A stretch of DNA of 64,000 nucleotides, taken from contig OZ059894.1 in the NCBI GenBank assembly GCA_964057225.1, positions 21,948,001-22,012,000 on the forward strand, given 5' to 3'. Positions 12,501-24,800 of this stretch are shown here, piece by piece. The translations under genes and the position numbers were made by a program. The DNA is from Auanema rhodensis. Taxonomy: Eukaryota > Animalia > Nematoda. The notes under the pieces are model-generated. The model saw only the letters and a program-made list of their open reading frames with translations. It had not been told where the DNA came from and did not search any database. Position 1 is the stretch's first letter, and every line of letters starts with the position of its first letter.

Positions 12501-15500
12501 TAAAAAAAGGAATCTAAAAACATCTACTTTTTGCTAAATTATTTTGAAATTTTTCGAAAAAATTTTTGTCAAAATGTTTTTGGAAGCAATGTTGAGTGTA
12601 CATGGAAACTCAACATACACTAATGCATCATTTTTCAAACGATCATAACTAATTTTTGTATCAAACGTTTCTCAATGTAGTATAGTGCATTCAATGCGGA
12701 TTTTTAAGCTGCGTCGATCTGTGTTATCAGATTTGCGCTAGCTTAAAAATGCACCGAGATATCAACTGATATAAGTTCACACTTATATCCTCGATTTTCA
12801 CCCTGAAGAATTAATTTTTTCGTTGAATAACATTGTCCATCGTCTTTGCCTTGAAAAAAGGAATCTAAAAACATCTACTTTTTGCTGAATTATTTTGAAA
12901 TTTTTCGAAAAAATTTTTGTCAAAATGTTTTTGGAAGCAATGTTGAGTGTACATGGAAACTCAACATACACTAATGCATCATTTTTCGAACGATCATAAC
13001 TAATTTTTGTATCAAACGTTTCTCAATGTAGTATAGTGCATTCGATGCGAATTTTTAAGCTGCGTCGATCTGTGTTATCAGATTTGCGCTAGCTTAAAAA
13101 TGCACCGAGATATCAACTGATATAAGTTCACACTTATATCCTCGATTTTCACCCTGAAGAATTAATTTTTTCGTTGAATAACATTGTCCATCGTCTTTGC
13201 CTTGAAAAAAGGAATCTAAAAACATCTACTTTTTGCTGAATTATTTTGAAATTTTTCGAAAAAATTTTTGTCAAAATGTTTTTGGAAGCAATGTTGAGTG
13301 TACATGGAAACTCAACATACACTAATGCATCATTTTTCAAACGATCATAACTAATTTTTGTATCAAACGTTTCTCAATGTAGTATAGTGCATTCGATGCG
13401 GATTTTTAAGCTGCGTCGATCTGTGTTATCAGATTTGCTCTAGCTTAAAAATGCACCGAGATATCAACTGATTTAAGTTCACACTTATATCCTCGATTTT
13501 CACCCTGAAGAATTAATTTTTTCGTTGAATAACATTGTCCATCGTCTTTGCCTTAAAAAAAGGAATCTAAAAACATCTACTTTTTGCTAAATTATTTTGA
13601 AATTTTTCGAAAAAATTTTTGTCAAAATGTTTTTGGAAGCAATGTTGAGTGTACATGGAAACTCAACATACACTAATGCATCATTTTTCAAACGATCATA
13701 ACTAATTTTTGTATCAAACGTTTCTCAATGTAGTATAGTGCATTCAATGCGGATTTTTAAGCTGCGTCGATCTGTGTTATCAGATTTGCGCTAGCTTAAA
13801 AATGCACCGAGATATCAACTGATATAAGTTCACACTTATATCCTCGATTTTCACCCTGAAGAATTAATTTTTTCGTTGAATAACATTGTCCATCGTCTTT
13901 GCCTTGAAAAAAGAAATCTAAAAACATCTACTTTTTGCTAAATTATTTTGAAATTTTTCGAAAAAATTTTTGTCAAAATGTTTTTGGAAGCAATGTTGAG
14001 TGTACATGGAAACTCAACATACACTAATGCATCATTTTTCAAACGATCATAACTAATTTTTGTATCAAACGTTTCTCAATGTAGTATAGTGCATTCAATG
14101 CGGATTTTTAAGCTGCGTCGATCTGTGTTATCAGATTTGCGCTAGCTTAAAAATGCACCGAGATATCAACTGATATAAGTTCACACTTATATCCTCGATT
14201 TTCACCCTGAAGAATTAATTTTTTCGTTGAATAACATTGTCCATCGTCTTTGCCTTGAAAAAAGGAATCTAAAAACATCTACTTTTTGCTGAATTATTTT
14301 GAAATTTTTCGAAAAAATTTTTGTCAAAATGTTTTTGGAAGCAATGTTGAGTGTACATGGAAACTCAACATACACTAATGCATCATTTTTCGAACGATCA
14401 TAACTAATTTTTGTATCAAACGTTTCTCAATGTAGTATAGTGCATTCGATGCGAATTTTTAAGCTGCGTCGATCTGTGTTATCAGATTTGCGCTAGCTTA
14501 AAAATGCACCGAGATATCAACTGATATAAGTTCACACTTATATCCTCGATTTTCACCCTGAAGAATTAATTTTTTCGTTGAATAACATTGTCCATCGTCT
14601 TTGCCTTGAAAAAAGGAATCTAAAAACATCTACTTTTTGCTGAATTATTTTGAAATTTTTCGAAAAAATTTTTGTCAAAATGTTTTTGGAAGCAATGTTG
14701 AGTGTACATGGAAACTCAACATACACTAATGCATCATTTTTCGAACGATCATAACTAATTTTTGTATCAAACGTTTCTCAATGTAGTATAGTGCATTCGA
14801 TGCGAATTTTTAAGCTGCGTCGATCTGTGTTATCAGATTTGCGCTAGCTTAAAAATGCACCGAGATATCAACTGATATAAGTTCACACTTATATCCTCGA
14901 TTTTCACCCTGAAGAATTAATTTTTTCGTTGAATAACATTGTCCATCGTCTTTGCCTTGAAAAAAGGAATCTAAAAACATCTACTTTTTGCAGAATTATT
15001 TTGAAATTTTTCGAAAAAATTTTTGTCAAAATGTTTTTGGAAGCAATGTTGAGTGTACATGGAAACTCAACATACACTAATGCATCATTTTTCGAACGAT
15101 CATAACTAATTTTTGTATCAAACGTTTCTCAATGTAGTATAGTGCATTCGATGCGAATTTTTAAGCTGCGTCGATCTGTGTTATCAGATTTGCGCTAGCT
15201 TAAAAATGCACCGAGATATCAACTGATATAAGTTCACACTTATATCCTCGATTTTCACCCTGAAGAATTAATTTTTTCGTTGAATAACATTGTCCATCGT
15301 CTTTGCCTTGAAAAAAGGAATCTAAAAACATCTACTTTTTGCTGAATTATTTTGAAATTTTTCGAAAAAATTTTTGTCAAAATGTTTTTGGAAGCAATGT
15401 TGAGTGTACATGGAAACTCAACATACACTAATGCATCATTTTTCGAACGATCATAACTAATTTTTGTATCAAACGTTTCTCAATGTAGTATAGTGCATTC

Positions 15501-15795
15501 GATGCGGATTTTTAAGCTGCGTCGATCTGTGTTATCAGATTTGCGCTAGCTTAAAAATGCACCGAGATATCAACTGATTTAAGTTCACACTTATATCCTC
15601 GATTTTCACCCTGAAGAATTAATTTTTTCGTTGAATAACATTGTCCATCGTCTTTGCCTTAAAAAAAGGAATCTAAAAACATCTACTTTTTGCTAAATTA
15701 TTTTGAAATTTTTCGAAAAAATTTTTGTCAAAATGTTTTTGGAAGCAATGTTGAGTGTACATGGAAACTCAACATACACTAATGCATCATTTTTC

Positions 15796-16144
15796 AAACG
15801 ATCATAACTAATTTTTGTATCAAACGTTTCTCAATGTAGTATAGTGCATTCAATGCGGATTTTTAAGCTGCGTCGATCTGTGTTATCAGATTTGCGCTAG
15901 CTTAAAAATGCACCGAGATATCAACTGATATAAGTTCACACTTATCCTCGATTTTCACCCTGAAGAATTAATTTTTTCGTTGAATAACATTGTCCATCGT
16001 CTTTGCCTTGAAAAAAGAAATCTAAAAACATCTACTTTTTGCTAAATTATTTTGAAATTTTTCGAAAAAATTTTTGTCAAAATGTTTTTGGAAGCAATGT
16101 TGAGTGTACATGGAAACTCAACATACACTAATGCATCATTTTTC
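15796..16144 (+). repeat. 349-bp variant monomer (2-bp AT deletion near 15944)
   Basis: It reads CACTTATCCTCG instead of the consensus CACTTATATCCTCG. The ORF spacing 13149 to 18061 is 4912 = 14x351-2. Confidence 0.93.
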
Positions 16145-19100
16145 AAACGATCATAACTAATTTTTGTATCAAACGTTTCTCAATGTAGTATAGTGCATTC
16201 AATGCGGATTTTTAAGCTGCGTCGATCTGTGTTATCAGATTTGCGCTAGCTTAAAAATGCACCGAGATATCAACTGATATAAGTTCACACTTATATCCTC
16301 GATTTTCACCCTGAAGAATTAATTTTTTCGTTGAATAACATTGTCCATCGTCTTTGCCTTGAAAAAAGGAATCTAAAAACATCTACTTTTTGCTGAATTA
16401 TTTTGAAATTTTTCGAAAAAATTTTTGTCAAAATGTTTTTGGAAGCAATGTTGAGTGTACATGGAAACTCAACATACACTAATGCATCATTTTTCGAACG
16501 ATCATAACTAATTTTTGTATCAAACGTTTCTCAATGTAGTATAGTGCATTCGATGCGAATTTTTAAGCTGCGTCGATCTGTGTTATCAGATTTGCGCTAG
16601 CTTAAAAATGCACCGAGATATCAACTGATATAAGTTCACACTTATATCCTCGATTTTCACCCTGAAGAATTAATTTTTTCGTTGAATAACATTGTCCATC
16701 GTCTTTGCCTTGAAAAAAGGAATCTAAAAACATCTACTTTTTGCTGAATTATTTTGAAATTTTTCGAAAAAATTTTTGTCAAAATGTTTTTGGAAGCAAT
16801 GTTGAGTGTACATGGAAACTCAACATACACTAATGCATCATTTTTCGAACGATCATAACTAATTTTTGTATCAAACGTTTCTCAATGTAGTATAGTGCAT
16901 TCGATGCGGATTTTTAAGCTGCGTCGATCTGTGTTATCAGATTTGCGGTAGCTTAAAAATGCACCGAGATATCAACTGATTTAAGTTCACACTTATATCC
17001 TCGATTTTCACCCTGAAGAATTAATTTTTTCGTTGAATAACATTGTCCATCGTCTTTGCCTTAAAAAAAGGAATCTAAAAACATCTACTTTTTGCTAAAT
17101 TATTTTGAAATTTTTCGAAAAAATTTTTGTCAAAATGTTTTTGGAAGCAATGTTGAGTGTACATGGAAACTCAACATACACTAATGCATCATTTTTCAAA
17201 CGATCATAACTAATTTTTGTATCAAACGTTTCTCAATGTAGTATAGTGCATTCAATGCGGATTTTTAAGCTGCGTCGATCTGTGTTATCAGATTTGCGCT
17301 AGCTTAAAAATGCACCGAGATATCAACTGATATAAGTTCACACTTATATCCTCGATTTTCACCCTGAAGAATTAATTTTTTCGTTGAATAACATTGTCCA
17401 TCGTCTTTGCCTTGAAAAAAGAAATCTAAAAACATCTACTTTTTGCTAAATTATTTTGAAATTTTTCGAAAAAATTTTTGTCAAAATGTTTTTGGAAGCA
17501 ATGTTGAGTGTACATGGAAACTCAACATACACTAATGCATCATTTTTCAAACGATCATAACTAATTTTTGTATCAAACGTTTCTCAATGTAGTATAGTGC
17601 ATTCAATGCGGATTTTTAAGCTGCGTCGATCTGTGTTATCAGATTTGCGCTAGCTTAAAAATGCACCGAGATATCAACTGATATAAGTTCACACTTATAT
17701 CCTCGATTTTCACCCTGAAGAATTAATTTTTTCGTTGAATAACATTGTCCATCGTCTTTGCCTTGAAAAAAGGAATCTAAAAACATCTACTTTTTGCTGA
17801 ATTATTTTGAAATTTTTCGAAAAAATTTTTGTCAAAATGTTTTTGGAAGCAATGTTGAGTGTACATGGAAACTCAACATACACTAATGCATCATTTTTCG
17901 AACGATCATAACTAATTTTTGTATCAAACGTTTCTCAATGTAGTATAGTGCATTCGATGCGGATTTTTAAGCTGCGTCGATCTGTGTTATCAGATTTGCG
18001 CTAGCTTAAAAATGCACCGAGATATCAACTGATATAAGTTCACACTTATATCCTCGATTTTCACCCTGAAGAATTAATTTTTTCGTTGAATAACATTGTC
18101 CATCGTCTTTGCCTTGAAAAAAGGAATCTAGAAACATCTACTTTTTGCTGAATTATTTTGAAATTTTTCGAAAAAATTTTTGTCAAAATGTTTTTGGAAG
18201 CAATGTTGAGTGTACATGGAAACTCAACATACACTAATGCATCATTTTTCAAACGATCATAACTAATTTTTGTATTAAGCGTTTCTCAATGTAGTATAGT
18301 GCATTCGATGCGGATTTTTAAGCTGCGTCGATCTGTGTTATCCGATTTGCGCTAGCTTAAAAATGCACCGAGATATCAACTGATATAAGTTCACACTTAA
18401 ATCCTCGATTTTCACCCTGAAGAATTAATTTTTTCGTTGAATAACATTGTCTATCGTCTTTGCCTTGAAAAATGGAATCTAAAAACATCTACTTTTTGCT
18501 AAATTATTTTGAAATTTTTCGAAAAAATTTTTGTCAAAATGTTTTTGGAAGCAATGTTGAGTGTACATGGAAACTCAACATACACTAATGCATCATTTTT
18601 CAAACGATCATAACTAATTTTTGTATCAAGCGTTTCTTGATGTAGTATAGTGCATTCGATGCGAATTTTTAAGCTGCGTCGATCTGTGTTATCAGATTTG
18701 CGCTAGCTTAAAAATGCACCGAGATATCAACTGATATAAGTTCACACTTATATCCTCGATTTTCACCCTGAAGAATTAATTTTTTCGTTGAATAACATTG
18801 TCCATCGTCTTTGCCTTAAAAAAAGGAATCTAAAAACATCTACTTTTTGCTAAATTATTTTGAAATTTTTCGAAAAAATTTTTGTCAAAATGTTTTTGGA
18901 AGCAATGTTGAGTGTACATGGAAACTCAACATACACTAATGCATCATTTTTCAAACGAACATAACTAATTTTTTTATCAAGCGTTTCTCAATGTAGTATA
19001 GTGCATTCGATGCGGATTTTTAAGCTGCGTCGATCTGTGTTATCAAATTTGCGCTAGCTTAAAAATGCACCGAGATATCAACTGATATAAGTTCACACTT

Positions 19101-19654
19101 ATATCCTCGATTTTCACCCTGAAGAATTAATTTTTTCGTTGAATAACATTGTCCATCGTCTTTGCCTTGAAAAAAGGAATCTAAAAACATCTACTTTTTG
19201 CTGAATTATTTTGAAATTTTTCGAAAAAATTTTTGTCAAAATGTTTTTGGAAGCAATGTTGAGTGTACATGGAAACTCAACATACACTAATGCATCATTT
19301 TTCGAACGATCATAACTAATTTTTGTATCAAACGTTTCTCAATGTAGTATAGTGCATTCGATGCGGATTTTTAAGCTGCGTCGATCTGTGTTATCAGATT
19401 TGCGCTAGCTTAAAAATGCACCGAGATATCAACTGATATAAGTTCACACTTATATCCTCGATTTTCACCCTGAAGAATTAATTTTTTCGTTGAATAACAT
19501 TGTCCATCGTCTTTGCCTTGAAAAAAGGAATCTAGAAACATCTACTTTTTGCTGAATTATTTTGAAATTTTTCGAAAAAATTTTTGTCAAAATGTTTTTG
19601 GAAGCAATGTTGAGTGTACATGGAAACTCAACATACACTAATGCATCATTTTTC

Positions 19655-20068
19655 AAACGATCATAACTAATTTTTGTATTAAGCGTTTCTCAATGTAGTA
19701 TAGTGCATTCGATGCGGATTTTTAAGCTGCGTCGATCTGTGTTATCCGATTTGCGCTAGCTTAAAAATGCACCGAGATATCAACTGATATAAGTTCACAC
19801 TTAAATCCTCGATTTTCACCCTGAAGAATTAATTTTTTCGTTGAATAACATTGTCTATCGTCTTTGCCTTGAAAAATGGAATCTAAAAACATCTACTTTT
19901 TGCTAAATTATTTTGAAATTTTTCGAAAAAATTTTTGTCAAAATGTTTTTCACATCTACTTTTTGCTAAATTATTTTGAAATTTTTCGAAAAAATTTTTG
20001 TCAAAATGTTTTTGGAAGCAATGTTGAGTGTACATGGAAACTCAACATACACTAATGCATCATTTTTC
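19655..20068 (+). repeat. 414-bp variant monomer with a 63-bp internal tandem duplication (copy 1)
   Basis: The 62-bp segment ACATCTACT...AAAATGTTTTT at 19889-19950 is followed by a C (19951) and repeated at 19952-20013. The ORF spacing 19465 to 21283 is 5x351+63. Confidence 0.97.
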
Positions 20069-21472
20069 AAACGATCATAACTAATTTTTGTATTAAGCGT
20101 TTCTCAATGTAGTATAGTGCATTCGATGCGGATTTTTAAGCTGCGTCGATCTGTGTTATCCGATTTGCGCTAGCTTAAAAATGCACCGAGATATCAACTG
20201 ATATAAGTTCACACTTAAATCCTCGATTTTCACCCTGAAGAATTAATTTTTTCGTTGAATAACATTGTCTATCGTCTTTGCCTTGAAAAATGGAATCTAA
20301 AAACATCTACTTTTTGCTAAATTATTTTGAAATTTTTCGAAAAAATTTTTGTCAAAATGTTTTTGGAAGCAATGTTGAGTGTACATGGAAACTCAACATA
20401 CACTAATGCATCATTTTTCAAACGATCATAACTAATTTTTGTATCAAGCGTTTCTTGATGTAGTATAGTGCATTCGATGCGAATTTTTAAGCTGCGTCGA
20501 TCTGTGTTATCAGATTTGCGCTAGCTTAAAAATGCACCGAGATATCAACTGATATAAGTTCACACTTATATCCTCGATTTTCACCCTGAAGAATTAATTT
20601 TTTCGTTGAATAACATTGTCCATCGTCTTTGCCTTAAAAAAAGGAATCTAAAAACATCTACTTTTTGCTAAATTATTTTGAAATTTTTCGAAAAAATTTT
20701 TGTCAAAATGTTTTTGGAAGCAATGTTGAGTGTACATGGAAACTCAACATACACTAATGCATCATTTTTCAAACGAACATAACTAATTTTTTTATCAAGC
20801 GTTTCTTGATGTAGTATAGTGCATTCGATGCGAATTTTTAAGCTGCGTCGATCTGTGTTATCAGATTTGCGCTAGCTTAAAAATGCACCGAGATATCAAC
20901 TGATATAAGTTCACACTTATATCCTCGATTTTCACCCTGAAGAATTAATTTTTTCGTTGAATAACATTGTCCATCGTCTTTGCCTTGAAAAAAGGAATCT
21001 AAAAACATCTACTTTTTGCTGAATTATTTTGAAATTTTTCGAAAAAATTTTTGTCAAAATGTTTTTGGAAGCAATGTTGAGTGTACATGGAAACTCAACA
21101 TACACTAATGCATCATTTTTCGAACGATCATAACTAATTTTTGTATCAAACGTTTCTCAATGTAGTATAGTGCATTCGATGCGGATTTTTAAGCTGCGTC
21201 GATCTGTGTTATCAGATTTGCGCTAGCTTAAAAATGCACCGAGATATCAACTGATATAAGTTCACACTTATATCCTCGATTTTCACCCTGAAGAATTAAT
21301 TTTTTCGTTGAATAACATTGTCCATCGTCTTTGCCTTGAAAAAAGGAATCTAGAAACATCTACTTTTTGCTGAATTATTTTGAAATTTTTCGAAAAAATT
21401 TTTGTCAAAATGTTTTTGGAAGCAATGTTGAGTGTACATGGAAACTCAACATACACTAATGCATCATTTTTC

Positions 21473-21886
21473 AAACGATCATAACTAATTTTTGTATTAA
21501 GCGTTTCTCAATGTAGTATAGTGCATTCGATGCGGATTTTTAAGCTGCGTCGATCTGTGTTATCCGATTTGCGCTAGCTTAAAAATGCACCGAGATATCA
21601 ACTGATATAAGTTCACACTTAAATCCTCGATTTTCACCCTGAAGAATTAATTTTTTCGTTGAATAACATTGTCTATCGTCTTTGCCTTGAAAAATGGAAT
21701 CTAAAAACATCTACTTTTTGCTAAATTATTTTGAAATTTTTCGAAAAAATTTTTGTCAAAATGTTTTTCACATCTACTTTTTGCTAAATTATTTTGAAAT
21801 TTTTCGAAAAAATTTTTGTCAAAATGTTTTTGGAAGCAATGTTGAGTGTACATGGAAACTCAACATACACTAATGCATCATTTTTC
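21473..21886 (+). repeat. 414-bp variant monomer with a 63-bp internal tandem duplication (copy 2)
   Basis: It has the same junction ATGTTTTT-C-ACATCTACT: first copy 21707-21768, C at 21769, second copy 21770-21831. The ORF spacing 21283 to 23452 is 6x351+63. Confidence 0.97.
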
Positions 21887-24800
21887 AAACGAACATAACT
21901 AATTTTTTTATCAAGCGTTTCTTGATGTAGTATAGTGCATTCGATGCGAATTTTTAAGCTGCGTCGATCTGTGTTATCAGATTTGCGCTAGCTTAAAAAT
22001 GCACCGAGATATCAACTGATATAAGTTCACACTTAAATCCTCGATTTTCACCCTGAAGAATTAATTTTTTCGTTGAATAACATTGTCTATCGTCTTTGCC
22101 TTGAAAAATGGAATCTAAAAACATCTACTTTTTGCTAAATTATTTTGAAATTTTTCGAAAAAATTTTTGTCAAAATGTTTTTGGAAGCAATGTTGAGTGT
22201 ACATGGAAACTCAACATACACTAATGCATCATTTTTCAAACGATCATAACTAATTTTTGTATCAAGCGTTTCTTGATGTAGTATAGTGCATTCGATGCGA
22301 ATTTTTAAGCTGCGTCGATCTGTGTTATCAGATTTGCGCTAGCTTAAAAATGCACCGAGATATCAACTGATATAAGTTCACACTTATATCCTCGATTTTC
22401 ACCCTGAAGAATTAATTTTTTCGTTGAATAACATTGTCCATCGTCTTTGCCTTAAAAAAAGGAATCTAAAAACATCTACTTTTTGCTAAATTATTTTGAA
22501 ATTTTTCGAAAAAATTTTTGTCAAAATGTTTTTGGAAGCAATGTTGAGTGTACATGGAAACTCAACATACACTAATGCATCATTTTTCAAACGAACATAA
22601 CTAATTTTTTTATCAAGCGTTTCTTGATGTAGTATAGTGCATTCGATGCGAATTTTTAAGCTGCGTCGATCTGTGTTATCAGATTTGCGCTAGCTTAAAA
22701 ATGCACCGAGATATCAACTGATATAAGTTCACACTTATATCCTCGATTTTCACCCTGAAGAATTAATTTTTTCGTTGAATAACATTGTCCATCGTCTTTG
22801 CCTTAAAAAAAGGAATCTAAAAACATCTACTTTTTGCTAAATTATTTTGAAATTTTTCGAAAAAATTTTTGTCAAAATGTTTTTGGAAGCAATGTTGAGT
22901 GTACATGGAAACTCAACATACACTAATGCATCATTTTTCAAACGAACATAACTAATTTTTTTATCAAGCGTTTCTTGATGTAGTATAGTGCATTCGATGC
23001 GAATTTTTAAGCTGCGTCGATCTGTGTTATCAGATTTGCGCTAGCTTAAAAATGCACCGAGATATCAACTGATATAAGTTCACACTTATATCCTCGATTT
23101 TCACCCTGAAGAATTAATTTTTTCGTTGAATAACATTGTCCATCGTCTTTGCCTTAAAAAAAGGAATCTAAAAACATCTACTTTTTGCTAAATTATTTTG
23201 AAATTTTTCGAAAAAATTTTTGTCAAAATGTTTTTGGAAGCAATGTTGAGTGTACATGGAAACTCAACATACACTAATGCATCATTTTTCGAACGATCAT
23301 AACTAATTTTTGTATCAAACGTTTCTCAATGTAGTATAGTGCATTCGATGCGGATTTTTAAGCTGCGTCGATCTGTGTTATCAGATTTGCGCTAGCTTAA
23401 AAATGCACCGAGATATCAACTGATATAAGTTCACACTTATATCCTCGATTTTCACCCTGAAGAATTAATTTTTTCGTTGAATAACATTGTCCATCGTCTT
23501 TGCCTTGAAAAAAGGAATCTAGAAACATCTACTTTTTGCTGAATTATTTTGAAATTTTTCGAAAAAATTTTTGTCAAAATGTTTTTGGAAGCAATGTTGA
23601 GTGTACATGGAAACTCAACATACACTAATGCATCATTTTTCAAACGATCATAACTAATTTTTGTATTAAGCGTTTCTCAATGTAGTATAGTGCATTCGAT
23701 GCGGATTTTTAAGCTGCGTCGATCTGTGTTATCCGATTTGCGCTAGCTTAAAAATGCACCGAGATATCAACTGATATAAGTTCACACTTAAATCCTCGAT
23801 TTTCACCCTGAAGAATTAATTTTTTCGTTGAATAACATTGTCTATCGTCTTTGCCTTGAAAAATGGAATCTAAAAACATCTACTTTTTGCTAAATTATTT
23901 TGAAATTTTTCGAAAAAATTTTTGTCAAAATGTTTTTGGAAGCAATGTTGAGTGTACATGGAAACTCAACATACACTAATGCATCATTTTTCAAACGATC
24001 ATAACTAATTTTTGTATCAAGCGTTTCTTGATGTAGTATAGTGCATTCGATGCGAATTTTTAAGCTGCGTCGATCTGTGTTATCAGATTTGCGCTAGCTT
24101 AAAAATGCACCGAGATATCAACTGATATAAGTTCACACTTATATCCTCGATTTTCACCCTGAAGAATTAATTTTTTCGTTGAATAACATTGTCCATCGTC
24201 TTTGCCTTAAAAAAAGGAATCTAAAAACATCTACTTTTTGCTAAATTATTTTGAAATTTTTCGAAAAAATTTTTGTCAAAATGTTTTTGGAAGCAATGTT
24301 GAGTGTACATGGAAACTCAACATACACTAATGCATCATTTTTCAAACGAACATAACTAATTTTTTTATCAAGCGTTTCTCAATGTAGTATAGTGCATTCG
24401 ATGCGGATTTTTAAGCTGCGTCGATCTGTGTTATCAAATTTGCGCTAGCTTAAAAATGCACCGAGATATCAACTGATATAAGTTCACACTTATATCCTCG
24501 ATTTTCACCCTGAAGAATTAATTTTTTCGTTGAATAACATTGTCCATCGTCTTTGCCTTAAAAAAAGGAATCTAAAAACATCTACTTTTTGCTAAATTAT
24601 TTTGAAATTTTTCGAAAAAATTTTTGTCAAAATGTTTTTGGAAGCAATGTTGAGTGTACATGGAAACTCAACATACACTAATGCATCATTTTTCAAACGA
24701 ACATAACTAATTTTTTTATCAAGCGTTTCTCAATGTAGTATAGTGCATTCGATGCGGATTTTTAAGCTGCGTCGATCTGTGTTATCAAATTTGCGCTAGC

